Part shown: piece after piece, positions 48,116-57,085 of the stretch
Numbering within the stretch: position 1 is the first letter of the stretch
How the letters are laid out: every line of letters starts with the position of its first letter
Source of the DNA: Candidatus Latescibacterota bacterium
GTDB taxonomy: Bacteria; Latescibacterota; UBA2968; UBA8231
Reading direction: 5' to 3'
Length of the DNA stretch: 64,000 nt
Assembly (NCBI GenBank): GCA_965208105.1
Contig: OZ242318.1
Coordinates: 224,001 to 288,000 of the forward strand
The notes under the pieces: generated by a model
The model's input: the letters and a program-made list of their open reading frames with translations, nothing else
Databases searched by the model: none
Told to the model about the DNA's origin: nothing
Position numbers and translations under genes: made by a program

Positions 48116-49057
48116 TCAGGGGGTCTGGGCCCCGTTGGTCTCCAGGTACAGCGAGAACAGGGAGTGGGAACAGGTCATGAAGAGCCTGTTCTTCTTGAGG
48201 CCCCCGAAGCAGAGGTTGGCGCAGGGGGCCGGCAGGTGGATCCTGCCGATCAGGGTCCCGTCGGGGGCGAAGCAGTGGACCCCGTCGAATCCTTCCCCCG
48301 CCCATCCGGCCCCCGCCCACAGGTTGCCGTCAAGGTCGGTGCGGATTCCGTCGGCGATGCCAGGGTCCATGTCGGCGAAGAGGCGCCCGTTGGCGAGGCG
48401 GTTGCCCTCGACGTCGAAGACGAGGATGTGGGCGGGGTGCTCGGGTCCGTCGGAGCGTCCCGTGTCGACGATGTAGAGCAGAGACTCGTCCGGGCTGAAG
48501 CAGAGGCCGTTGGGGCGGCGGAGCTCTGCAGCGACCACGGTGGCCTGGCCGGACCCGGGATCGAGGCGGTAGACGTTGGGGTCGTTCTCGAACTCGGCGC
48601 GGCCTCCTTCGTAGTCCATCAGAATGCCGTAGCCTGGATCGGTGAACCAGACGGATCCGTCCGACTTGACCACGATGTCGTTGGGGGCGTTCAGGCGCCC
48701 GCCCTCGAAGCGGTCCATCAATACGGTGATCGAGCCGTCGTGCTCGGTGCGGGTGACTCTGCGGGTGCGGTGCTCACAGGAGACCAGGCGGCCCAAGCGG
48801 TCGCGGGTGTTGCCGTTGGTGTTGTGCGAGGGCCTGCGGAAGACGGATACCTCCCCGGTCTCCTCCTCCCACTTGAGAATGCGGTCGTTGGGCAGATCGC
48901 TGAACAGGAGGTAGCGGCCGTCGCCGAACCACACCGGGCCTTCGAGCCAGCGTCCGCCGGTCCACAGCATCTCGACGGCGGCGTTTCCCAGCTTGTACCT
49001 TGCGAAGCGCTCGTCGAGCACCTCGATGCGGCTGTCCGGATATCTCACGAGGTCCAT
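48116..49057 (-). CDS. SMP-30/gluconolactonase family protein
   Basis: EGPVW, NGNTRD, LNAPND, PNGLCFSPDE, DGIRTD. Confidence 0.92.
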   Translation of the reverse strand: MDLVRYPDSRIEVLDERFARYKLGNAAVEMLWTGGRWLEGPVWFGDGRYLLFSDLPNDRILKWEEETGEVSVFRRPSHNTNGNTRDRLGRLVSCEHRTRRVTRTEHDGSITVLMDRFEGGRLNAPNDIVVKSDGSVWFTDPGYGILMDYEGGRAEFENDPNVYRLDPGSGQATVVAAELRRPNGLCFSPDESLLYIVDTGRSDGPEHPAHILVFDVEGNRLANGRLFADMDPGIADGIRTDLDGNLWAGAGWAGEGFDGVHCFAPDGTLIGRIHLPAPCANLCFGGLKKNRLFMTCSHSLFSLYLETNGAQTP

Positions 49058-49191
49058 TGTTCCATTTCCCATTTTCAGGCCGGAGGTGCCGGATTGTCGA
49101 TGAAAGTTCTGTTTTTCCCGGGACCAAAGCAAGGTCTTCTGGGCCTCTGTGGCGCGGGGGCGGCGACACGGCCCGGGGGAAGGGGAGGCGC

Positions 49192-50046
49192 TTGAGCTCG
49201 GAGGTCTGGTCCCTCGTGCTGATTTCGGCGGTGTGCCACGCCGGTTGGAATCTGTATGCCCGGAGGGTGGCGGGGCACCTGGGAATCCTGTGGCTGGCCA
49301 AGATCACCGCGATTCTGTTTCTGCTGCCCCTGGCCGGCTGGGCCCTTCTCTGGGACGGGGGGATGGCCATGTCCTGGCGCGGGATGGGGTACCTGGCGCT
49401 CACGGGAACCCTGCATTCCCTCTATTTCTACCTCCTGGGCCGCACCTACTCCAGGGGTGAGATTTCGGTGGTCTACCCGGTGGCGCGGGGGACCGGGGTG
49501 GGGTTGACGGGATTGGGGGCCTGGCTGGTACTGGGCGAAGCTGTTTCCTGGTTGGGCGGCATGGGAATAGCCCTGGTGTTCGCGGGAATCTTCCTGATGG
49601 GGATTCCCGTCTTGCGCAACCGCCGCCAGGTGGAGGGGATGGGCACCGCCCTCGGAGTTGGGGTGACCATCCTGTGCTATTCGCTGATCGACAAGAAGGG
49701 GGTGCAGGTGGTGCACCCTCTGGTATACATCACCGGGGCCTATTTGCTGTCCGCGGTCATACTTGCCCCGGTCGTGAGGCCGAGATCCTGGGGGCAGTTG
49801 GGGGAGTTGGCCCGAGGGGACCCGGCCGCGTTGCTGGTGATCGGCCTGGGGTCCTCGGTCACCTATCTGCTGGTTCTGTTCGCCTACCAGATGGGACCCG
49901 TGGGCTATATCGTCGCGGCCCGGGAGGCAGCCGTGGTGGTAGGTGTCGTGCTGGGTGTGGTGGTTCTCAAGGAGCCATTGTCCGCGGCCAAGGCGGGGGC
50001 CGTCGCGGCGATCGTGCTGGGTCTCCTTTGCATCAGAGCGGGATGA
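49192..50046 (+). CDS. EamA/DMT family transporter
   Basis: SAVCHAGWN, SVVYPVARG, YSLIDK, AARE; TTG start after GGAGG. Confidence 0.85.
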   Translation: MSSEVWSLVLISAVCHAGWNLYARRVAGHLGILWLAKITAILFLLPLAGWALLWDGGMAMSWRGMGYLALTGTLHSLYFYLLGRTYSRGEISVVYPVARGTGVGLTGLGAWLVLGEAVSWLGGMGIALVFAGIFLMGIPVLRNRRQVEGMGTALGVGVTILCYSLIDKKGVQVVHPLVYITGAYLLSAVILAPVVRPRSWGQLGELARGDPAALLVIGLGSSVTYLLVLFAYQMGPVGYIVAAREAAVVVGVVLGVVVLKEPLSAAKAGAVAAIVLGLLCIRAG

Positions 50047-50049
50047 GAC

Positions 50050-50532
50050 ATGGGCACATACTACCTGCATATGACCGATCGGGCGCAGCTGCGGCCGTCG
50101 CGTAAGGAGGTGGAGGGCTTCGAGGTGGCGCGGTGCCGGGTGCCCTGCGGGGCGCTGAACCGCTTCTTCTACCAGGAGGTGGGGAAGGGGTGGCGCTGGA
50201 CCTTCCGCCTGCCGTGGACGGATGAGGAATGGCAGGCCTATGTGGAGCGGCCGGGCCTGGAGACCTGGATCGGCTACGAGAAGGGAACCCCGGCGGGCTA
50301 CTTCGAGCTGGCGCGGCAGGAGGAGGACCTGGTGGAGGTAGCCTCGTTCGGACTGCTGCCCCGCTTCATCGGCCGCGGCCTGGGCGGGCTGCTGCTGACC
50401 GCGGCCATGCAGCGGGCATGGGAAGAGGGAACCCGGCGGGTATGGCTGCACACCTGTTCGTGGGACCATCCCCACGCCCTGGCCAACTACCAGGCGCGGG
50501 GCCTGGAGGTGTACGAGACCAAGGAGTGGTGA
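50050..50532 (+). CDS. GNAT family N-acetyltransferase
   Basis: FGLLPRFIGRGLGG, VWLHTCSWDHPHALANYQARG. Confidence 0.88.
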   Translation: MGTYYLHMTDRAQLRPSRKEVEGFEVARCRVPCGALNRFFYQEVGKGWRWTFRLPWTDEEWQAYVERPGLETWIGYEKGTPAGYFELARQEEDLVEVASFGLLPRFIGRGLGGLLLTAAMQRAWEEGTRRVWLHTCSWDHPHALANYQARGLEVYETKEW

Positions 50533-50550
50533 AGTCCGGGTGGAACGGAA

Positions 50551-50907
50551 TCAGAACTTGTGCAGGCCGATGCTGTTCCCGGATGGATCCTGGAATATGC
50601 CGATGTGTCCCATGCCGCCGGGAACGGGCGTCGGTGGCACGATGGTTCTGCCTCCCAGGCTCTCGGCCTGGTCCAGGCACTTCCGGATGTCGTCCACCTG
50701 AACGTAGAAGGTGACGTAGTTCGGCGGCATGTCCTCGGTGGTTTGCATGATCCCTCCGGGGACACCGCCCTCTTCCCCCTCCACGTACCAGTAGGTGCCG
50801 GCGGGAGCATGCTGGGAGATCTGCCAGTCGAAAAGGTTGCTGTAGAACTCCCTCAGGGCCTCCCCGTCCCGTCCCGCGATTTCAAAATACACTACCGGTT
50901 TTCCCAT
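50551..50907 (-). CDS. VOC (glyoxalase/bleomycin resistance) family protein
   Basis: PVVYFEI, FYSNLFDW, VDDI, DPSGNSIGL; AAGGAGG RBS. Confidence 0.88.
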   Translation of the reverse strand: MGKPVVYFEIAGRDGEALREFYSNLFDWQISQHAPAGTYWYVEGEEGGVPGGIMQTTEDMPPNYVTFYVQVDDIRKCLDQAESLGGRTIVPPTPVPGGMGHIGIFQDPSGNSIGLHKF

Positions 50908-51062
50908 AATTTCCCTCCTTGGATGGAAGTTATTCCTGTTTTTACAACGAGCATCGTGGTTCAATTCCAACCTCGAATGACGCCTCGAATGACGTGCCGG
51001 GCCAGCGGCAGGCGAAAGCGCGGTCCGGCGGAACGGGCGGAGGTGGAGGCATATTATTTTAC

Positions 51063-51088
51063 CACTGTATTGCTGTATTGATACAGTG
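51063..51088. promoter_or_regulatory. Palindromic operator candidate upstream of the VOC gene
   Basis: CACTGTAT-N10-ATACAGTG inside an AT-rich intergenic stretch. Confidence 0.5.
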
Positions 51089-51125
51089 AATCTGGGGAGG
51101 AGAATAGGATGGTTTGCGACCGCAA

Positions 51126-52100
51126 TCAGCTCTGGCGCTCGCCGAAAGGGGTCCATCCGCGTCCTGGCCGGCGCACGGTTGTGCGCTCGTAGCGGGAGCG
51201 GATTTCCTTGAACCGGGTGATGTCGGCGATCTCGCGTTGCGGGTTGTCGGGGTCCTTGATGACGAAGTCGCCTTCGGTAGGCAGGCAGGCCATGGTGACC
51301 GGGTCCCTCTCCGGATCGAATTCCTCGGGGTCCTCGTCGACGTTGTTGGGGACCCGGGCGTCCTGGTAGCGGAGGTCGACGCTCCAGCGCACGATGCCGG
51401 TGCGGTTCTCGAAGGAAGCGTGGGGGGTGAGGTTGGTCATGAAGAGCACCGAGCCGGCGCGCATGGGGCAGGCCACGGGCTCGAGGACCGGCAGGTCTTC
51501 CGAGGCGATTTCCAGGTAGCCGCCCTGGCCGCCGGTGTAGTGGCGGTAGACGCCGCCGCGGTGGGCCCCGGGAATGACGTAGAGGCAGCCGTTGGCGATG
51601 GTGGCGTCCACCAGGGGGATCCAGCAGGTGACGATCAGGCTGCCGTCGCAGTGGGGCATGAAATAGCCCGAGTCCTGGTGCCAGGGCACGGGGCCGCGCC
51701 AGTAACCCGGAGCCTTGGGGCGGATGCGGTACACGGACGAGCCGACGATGTTGGGGCCAACCAGGCTTTCGATGCAGGAGACCAGCGGCGGGTGGCGCAG
51801 AAAATCGAGGATGGCCTGTTCCTTGAAGCCGCCGCCTCCGCGTCCCATGATCGCCTGGGTCACGCGCTCACCCACCGAAGCGTCGGCTTTGAAGAGGCAG
51901 CCCAGGCGGGTCTCGAAGGGTTCAGCGGCGAAGGTTTCCGGGCCCAGCAACCCTTCCTGCTGCAGGGCGGCGCAGGTCCGGTCGATGACCGCGGTGAGAC
52001 CGTCCTTGAGGGGTTGGAGGTCGGGCCGGGAGTAGATCCCCTCCTTGACGAGGTAACCGCGGTGGTGGAACTGCTGGAGTTCGGCGGGGCTCATGCCCAT
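51126..52100 (-). CDS. PhyH family dioxygenase
   Basis: PWHQDSGY, NGCLYVIPGAH, NLTPHAS, RWSVDLRYQ. Confidence 0.9.
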   Translation of the reverse strand: MGMSPAELQQFHHRGYLVKEGIYSRPDLQPLKDGLTAVIDRTCAALQQEGLLGPETFAAEPFETRLGCLFKADASVGERVTQAIMGRGGGGFKEQAILDFLRHPPLVSCIESLVGPNIVGSSVYRIRPKAPGYWRGPVPWHQDSGYFMPHCDGSLIVTCWIPLVDATIANGCLYVIPGAHRGGVYRHYTGGQGGYLEIASEDLPVLEPVACPMRAGSVLFMTNLTPHASFENRTGIVRWSVDLRYQDARVPNNVDEDPEEFDPERDPVTMACLPTEGDFVIKDPDNPQREIADITRFKEIRSRYERTTVRRPGRGWTPFGERQS

Positions 52101-52146
52101 GAAGTGCTCCGTCTGAAAGGGTGGCGGGCAACTTGAAACCTGGCCG

Positions 52147-52310
52147 GGGTCTCCGCTGCCGGTATGTTTTGCATCAAGAGGCCGCCTGGGGTCGCAGGGT
52201 GTTCCAGGGCGCTTGGTCACAGACATCTACGAGCTCCGTGGAGGCTATGAATTTCCAGTTCACTGCGCGGCGCATTCTCCCTTGTGCGGCTGTCGGTGCA
52301 GGTGGGGACT
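52147..52310. ncRNA. Candidate rod-shaped structured RNA (6S-like or leader RNA)
   Basis: Nested end-to-end complementarity over ~165 nt with a central unpaired region; strand uncertain. Confidence 0.35.
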
Positions 52311-52404
52311 AAAAGGCATTCAATATGGTTCCGCTGTCAAGGGTAAGGGGGGGCAGGTGCAGGGGGAGGCCCCGGGAAATTGTTCTGGTCCATTCGGGAA
52401 CAGG

Positions 52405-53745
52405 TTACGGCTCTGAAGCCCGCCGGATCCACAGGCGGATCTGCGCCGGGGTCGGCCGTCGTCCTTCCCCAGGAATGGCGCGGAGGCTTTCCCCTACTTG
52501 CGCGGGGGTTGATGCGGCCAGGTCCGCCAGCGACCGAATTCCCGCTCGGGCCAGCAGATTTCCGTATTCCACCCCGATGCCCTGGTGCAGGTAGAGCCCG
52601 GTCAGCCTGCGGGTGGAATGGACGGCCTCGGTGCCCAGTTCCGCTTGCATGCGGCGCCAGATTTCCGCCGCCCTGCCATCCTCCAGATCGGTCAGGTAGA
52701 CGATGCCTGCCTCCTGCAGAAAGCTGCGGGTGTCCGGGTCGAGGCCGCCCGCTGCAGCCAGCCGGGGCTTCACCGAGCCAACCGTCAACTCCTGCACGTA
52801 GTGGTTGATGGCCAGGACGCTGGCCGCAGCCAGAAGGACCGGGGCGATGGCATTCCGGGCCCTGACCGGGCCGGGCTTCTGGTGCCGGTGCGCCCCCAAT
52901 GGCGGCGCTAGGCGGTGCCACACAAGGAGGCGATAGACCAGGGCGCATTCCACCGCGAAGGGTGGAAAGCCCAGGAACCCGGCCACGGGCATCTCGAAGA
53001 GCTTCAGCTCCTCGAAGAAAGGCACGGTGTAGATCCACTTGACCAGGGCCCAGTAGTTGAAGAACTCCCACAGGATTCCGGCGATCAGCCCGGCCAGCAA
53101 CTGGCGGGTCATGGGGCCGTAGTCGCCGCGTTCCAGTTGCCGCAGCAGGCCGTCGGGCAGGCGGCGGTGTTCCACCGGGGCAAGTAGCAGGATGATGGCG
53201 ACCCAGGTGAGCGGAAAGAAGAACCGGGGCCACAAAAGCACCAGCGCCAGGCCCACCAGGCCTGCTGCCTGCAGGAGCTTCAGCCGGACGCTGGTCAGGT
53301 GCCAGGGAGGGCCTCGCCAACCGCTGGCCACCCGGCGCAGACCCAGGTAGTGCTCCAGCCAAAGCAGGCCGGGCAGAACCGTGGCGAAGGAGAGAACGGC
53401 GTTGAGTGTCTGCACCACGGGGTTTTCGGGGACGAAGACGTAGTACCAGTTTTGCAGGCGGAAGTTGATCAGCTCGAAGCCGTACCAGAGCGCCGCCGAC
53501 CAGAAGAGGACCAGCAGAAAGGCCGGGCCGCAGCGGGCGATGAGGGAGCGTCCTTCCCGCCGCTGGATGAGGCGGTCGAGGGTCCAGATGATTCCGTACC
53601 AGGCGCACAGGTAGAACAGGGTGGTCGCCGGCTCCACCCTTCGCAGCATGAGGGCAAAGGCGGCGGCGATGAACAGGGGGCCCGCAAGGAGCAGCAGCGC
53701 CGATTGAAAGGGGCGCGGGTCCGGCGGTGCGGAAACGGAGGTCAT
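52405..53745 (-). CDS. Integral membrane protein with a C-terminal DUF4332-like domain
   Basis: Repeated W..FE..N..W.Y motifs, KLFEMP..GFLGFPPF, C-terminal GIG..YGNLL..AGI.S..DL. Confidence 0.6.
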   Translation of the reverse strand: MTSVSAPPDPRPFQSALLLLAGPLFIAAAFALMLRRVEPATTLFYLCAWYGIIWTLDRLIQRREGRSLIARCGPAFLLVLFWSAALWYGFELINFRLQNWYYVFVPENPVVQTLNAVLSFATVLPGLLWLEHYLGLRRVASGWRGPPWHLTSVRLKLLQAAGLVGLALVLLWPRFFFPLTWVAIILLLAPVEHRRLPDGLLRQLERGDYGPMTRQLLAGLIAGILWEFFNYWALVKWIYTVPFFEELKLFEMPVAGFLGFPPFAVECALVYRLLVWHRLAPPLGAHRHQKPGPVRARNAIAPVLLAAASVLAINHYVQELTVGSVKPRLAAAGGLDPDTRSFLQEAGIVYLTDLEDGRAAEIWRRMQAELGTEAVHSTRRLTGLYLHQGIGVEYGNLLARAGIRSLADLAASTPAQVGESLRAIPGEGRRPTPAQIRLWIRRASEP

Positions 53746-54641
53746 GGTGAGGGGTCCAGCTCCAGGACCGCGGCCAGGCTGTCGCCCTGGTGGACCCGGT
53801 TGAAGACCCGCAGGCAGAGGATCTGGCCGGCCTGGGTCGACCGCACTTCCTCGCGGCGCCGGCCCAGGTGATCGACAACCGTGCCGATCACGTCCCCGTG
53901 TCGCACCCTTTCCATCAACTTCACCCGGGGCTCGAAGAAGCCGGCGCAGGGGGAGGGGTAGTTGAGCTGGATGTGGCCGGAGTTGTCGCGGCCGTCCTCC
54001 AACACGTACTCGATGCGCGACGGAGGCGGGGTGCGGTCGATCATCTTCAGCTCGGCCATGAGGTTCAGGCAGCCCTCGAAATAGGCCTCGACGCCCCGGG
54101 GGTCGCAGGTTCCGCCCCCCATCCACTCGGCGTAGATGGCCGGCACCCCGGCGTCGCGGGCCACCGAGAGGGAGCGTCCGTCGAGGCCGGCGGAGGTGCC
54201 CCAGACGATGGGCAGGTTCAGGGCCCGGGCCATGCGCCGCTGTACCTCGAGCACGGCCTTGTCGGGGTGCAGCATGTAGCCCGCGGTGGGGTAGAATTCC
54301 ATGGCGATCCCGCCGCTGTGCAGGTCGACCAGGTAGTCGGCGTCCCGGATTTCCCGGCTGACAGCGTGGGCGGTGCGCTCGGTGATGGAGCCCTCGGCCC
54401 GCCCCGGGCAGGTGCGGGCAAGGTCGCGCCCGTCCCCGGCGCAGCGGCGGCCGCGCCAGTAGGCGGCCTCGTTGACCACCGGGATGGCGGTGAGACGGCC
54501 GCGCAAGTCCGCCGGGTCCAGGTGGTCCAGCAGTCGGCGGATGGCCGCCATGGACTCGAACTCGTCGCCGTGAACCCCGCCCAGGACCAGCAGGTTGGGT
54601 CCCTGGCGTTCCCCTTCAATAACTTCCTGCCGCAGGTTCAT
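53742..54641 (-). CDS. Succinylglutamate desuccinylase/aspartoacylase family (M14-like) hydrolase
   Basis: GVHGDE, DLARTCPG, DLHSGG, C-terminal biotinyl-like domain. Confidence 0.85.
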   Translation of the reverse strand: MNLRQEVIEGERQGPNLLVLGGVHGDEFESMAAIRRLLDHLDPADLRGRLTAIPVVNEAAYWRGRRCAGDGRDLARTCPGRAEGSITERTAHAVSREIRDADYLVDLHSGGIAMEFYPTAGYMLHPDKAVLEVQRRMARALNLPIVWGTSAGLDGRSLSVARDAGVPAIYAEWMGGGTCDPRGVEAYFEGCLNLMAELKMIDRTPPPSRIEYVLEDGRDNSGHIQLNYPSPCAGFFEPRVKLMERVRHGDVIGTVVDHLGRRREEVRSTQAGQILCLRVFNRVHQGDSLAAVLELDPSP

Positions 54642-54702
54642 GGTCGCAGTCACAGGCCGCGCTCCGGAATTTGTGGCCAATTGCCCGGGTTCACCAGGAC
54701 AC

Positions 54703-55065
54703 TTAGGCGGCCAGGGGGACCAGCTTCGAAGCGCGGATGACGCGGTCCCTCGTGAGCAGCGGAAGGTTGTGCACGACGCTGGTGGCCGCAATTATCTCGT
54801 CCGCCGGATCGCTCTCAAAGTCGAGGCGGGTCGAAGCCCGCGCAACGGAGAGATCGATGGGCCACACGTGCAGGCGGTTCAAGGTGCGGATCACCTCACG
54901 GTCGTCGAGGTCCATCTCTATGCGGCCGAGTTGAGCGAGCTTGGACAATTCCCACAGGACAATGGCGGAGACGGACCACCTGTTCCGCGCCAACAGGTCC
55001 AGCTCGGACGGCCGCAGCTCACCAAGGACCGCGAGTACAAAAATGTGAGTATCAAGATTGATCAT
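54703..55065 (-). CDS. vapC: PIN-domain VapC toxin
   Basis: LDTH, SAIVLWE, DPADEIIAAT, LLTRD. Confidence 0.88.
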   Translation of the reverse strand: MINLDTHIFVLAVLGELRPSELDLLARNRWSVSAIVLWELSKLAQLGRIEMDLDDREVIRTLNRLHVWPIDLSVARASTRLDFESDPADEIIAATSVVHNLPLLTRDRVIRASKLVPLAA

Positions 55066-55276
55066 CTGCATCCCAGCGGATTCCGGTGGAAAAAATATCG
55101 CCCTGAATCTCGATTTTGTTGCGCAGACTGCCGATCAGGTCGCCGCAATTCTGGTCATAGGGAACCACTCGCGCCACGGGCTTGCCGTGCTTGGTAACGA
55201 TCAGGCCCTCGGGGTCGAGCTGGTCCAACAAAGCCAGGCACTGCTCCTTGAACTTCGCCGCTCCAATCGATTTCAT
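55052..55276 (-). CDS. Phd/YefM family antitoxin
   Basis: IGAAKFKEQCLALLD, IVTKHGKPVARVVP; overlaps the toxin gene. Confidence 0.88.
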   Translation of the reverse strand: MKSIGAAKFKEQCLALLDQLDPEGLIVTKHGKPVARVVPYDQNCGDLIGSLRNKIEIQGDIFSTGIRWDADDQS

Positions 55277-55306
55277 ATCACTTCTCCAGCGGAATAACCA
55301 GGTTTC

Positions 55307-55346
55307 AGACTGGTCATAATATAAGACTGGTCATAAAATTTGTCCA
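55307..55346 (-). promoter_or_regulatory. TA promoter with tandem operator repeats
   Basis: TGGACA-N17-TATATT; 13-bp direct repeat AGACTGGTCATAA at 55307-55319 and 55324-55336 brackets the -10 box. Confidence 0.75.
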
Positions 55347-55380
55347 TATTTCAGGCACGCCCAATTCATGGACGCATCCC

Positions 55381-56826
55381 TTATTTGTGACCTGCCAATC
55401 CGGCGTAAACCTTGCGTCCTTCCTGGAACAAGTGTAGGACTTCCTCCCGCTGGGTATCCCTGGTGAAGCGCCAGTTCCGGCGCACCGTATCCATGGCGGC
55501 GTCGATGGAGCGCAGGAAGAATGCTGCGGACGCGGACGCCGTGCCTCCGGGAAGGCCGCTGCCGACATAGACCGGGCTGGTGTGGGCGTAGACCGGCTGG
55601 GCGAAGCTGTCCCGGGCTTCCCCGAAGGCGCGCGCCGCGACCCAGCCGTCGGATCCGATCTGCAGGTCGAAGGCCCATTCCCCCTCCCGCCTATTGTCGT
55701 CCAGCCGCTGGGTCTGCGCCACCCCTCCGTCGTGAATCAGCTCCACCCGGTTGAGGGGGTAGTGAGAGCGCCAGGTGATTATCCCCGGGACGGTGCGCGG
55801 GCGCCCACCGGGCGACGGCAATGATGCCCCGGGTGTTATCCCGTCGACCTCGAGAAACAGCGCCGGACCGTTGGTGATGAAGGTCCGTCCCGCCTGCAGG
55901 CCGCGCAGCCAGTTCTCGTAGGAAAATTCCCCATCGGTCTGCACGTAGACCCTGTTGTTGGCGCAGACGAACCAGTCCGTCCCGGTGGAGGCGGGCAGCC
56001 GGATGCCGCAGTTGAGCAGGTGGTACCATATTTCGTATTCGAGGTCTTTCCAGCAGGGGTCGAAGAGGTTGAAGGCGTCCAGCTTCCCCAGCGCCGCGGC
56101 CACGGGCGCTTCCATGCCCCAGCCGTTGTGGCACCACAGCACCAGGCCGCCCTGGCCCCTGGCATCGTCGCAGGCGTAGCAGATGGGGGGATAGTCGGAG
56201 TCGAAGTCGCTGACCAGCTCGCCGCGGCTGACCGGCTCCACCAGGTTGTTAATGCGCAGGAACATGACGTGCCCCGAGCCGCCGCCGTGCCGGGAGTTGT
56301 GGCGGTTTTCCTCGCCGCAGTCGACCTGGTGGTGGGCGGTGGAGAAGTCGGTCATGAACCCGGGGGGGTACTTGTTGCTGGCATAGGGCAGGTCGCGCCG
56401 CTGCAGGATGCTGATGACGGTCACGCTGAGGTCGTGGACCCTGGGGTCGAGGTGAAGGCGGTCGTCGGGGCGTGCCTCCTGCTCGTTGTAGTGCAGGTGG
56501 GTATTGCCCGGGTACCAGCCCTCCGAGGGCAGGTCGGCCCAGCGTTCGAGATGCAGGTCGACCTCGACCGTCCCTTTGGCGGGCATGGAGACGACCTTGC
56601 GCAGGGGCTCGTACTCGGTTCCGCGCTCCACCACGATGTCGGTCGAACCTCGGGGCACGTCCACGCTGAACTGCCCCGGAGAGTAGAAGAACGGGTCGCC
56701 CGGGCCGATCTTGAGAATGCTGTCGGCGGGGTGGACGAAGCGGCCGCCGCTGGTCAGGACGTGGACCTTGGCCTCGATCAGGGCGCCTGAAACCCCGTCT
56801 CGAATACTCCCTTTGAAAATACCCAT
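55381..56826 (-). CDS. CehA/McbA-family (PHP-like) metallohydrolase
   Basis: ERGTEY, WYPGNTHLH, GEENRHN, GGLVLWCH, STGTDW, TFITNGP, AHTSPVY. Confidence 0.75.
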   Translation of the reverse strand: MGIFKGSIRDGVSGALIEAKVHVLTSGGRFVHPADSILKIGPGDPFFYSPGQFSVDVPRGSTDIVVERGTEYEPLRKVVSMPAKGTVEVDLHLERWADLPSEGWYPGNTHLHYNEQEARPDDRLHLDPRVHDLSVTVISILQRRDLPYASNKYPPGFMTDFSTAHHQVDCGEENRHNSRHGGGSGHVMFLRINNLVEPVSRGELVSDFDSDYPPICYACDDARGQGGLVLWCHNGWGMEAPVAAALGKLDAFNLFDPCWKDLEYEIWYHLLNCGIRLPASTGTDWFVCANNRVYVQTDGEFSYENWLRGLQAGRTFITNGPALFLEVDGITPGASLPSPGGRPRTVPGIITWRSHYPLNRVELIHDGGVAQTQRLDDNRREGEWAFDLQIGSDGWVAARAFGEARDSFAQPVYAHTSPVYVGSGLPGGTASASAAFFLRSIDAAMDTVRRNWRFTRDTQREEVLHLFQEGRKVYAGLAGHK

Positions 56827-57085
56827 GGAATATTCCCTTCGAGTTTCTGTTCAGGGAGGGAGTGAAAATCCCTCCTCCGGGGGGAAGCGAAAGCGGCGAT
56901 GCGCAGTCGAACCCGGCAGGGTTCAAGAAAAAAGGCACCGTCAGCGAATCATTGTCAAGGAGGAGAGCGCAGGAGCATGGGCCCTGCCGCGCTGGAACGT
57001 CCGCCGCCCCGGAGAGTCCTGAAGGTAAGGCCATCGTGGACGGGAACTGGTCATTCCCTACCTTCAGCCCGCAGGAGGACCGACC

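Noticed and set aside
51072-51086. CTGT...ACAG as a LexA SOS box
   Set aside because: Spacing is CTG-N8-CAG, not the CTG-N10-CAG of the proteobacterial box
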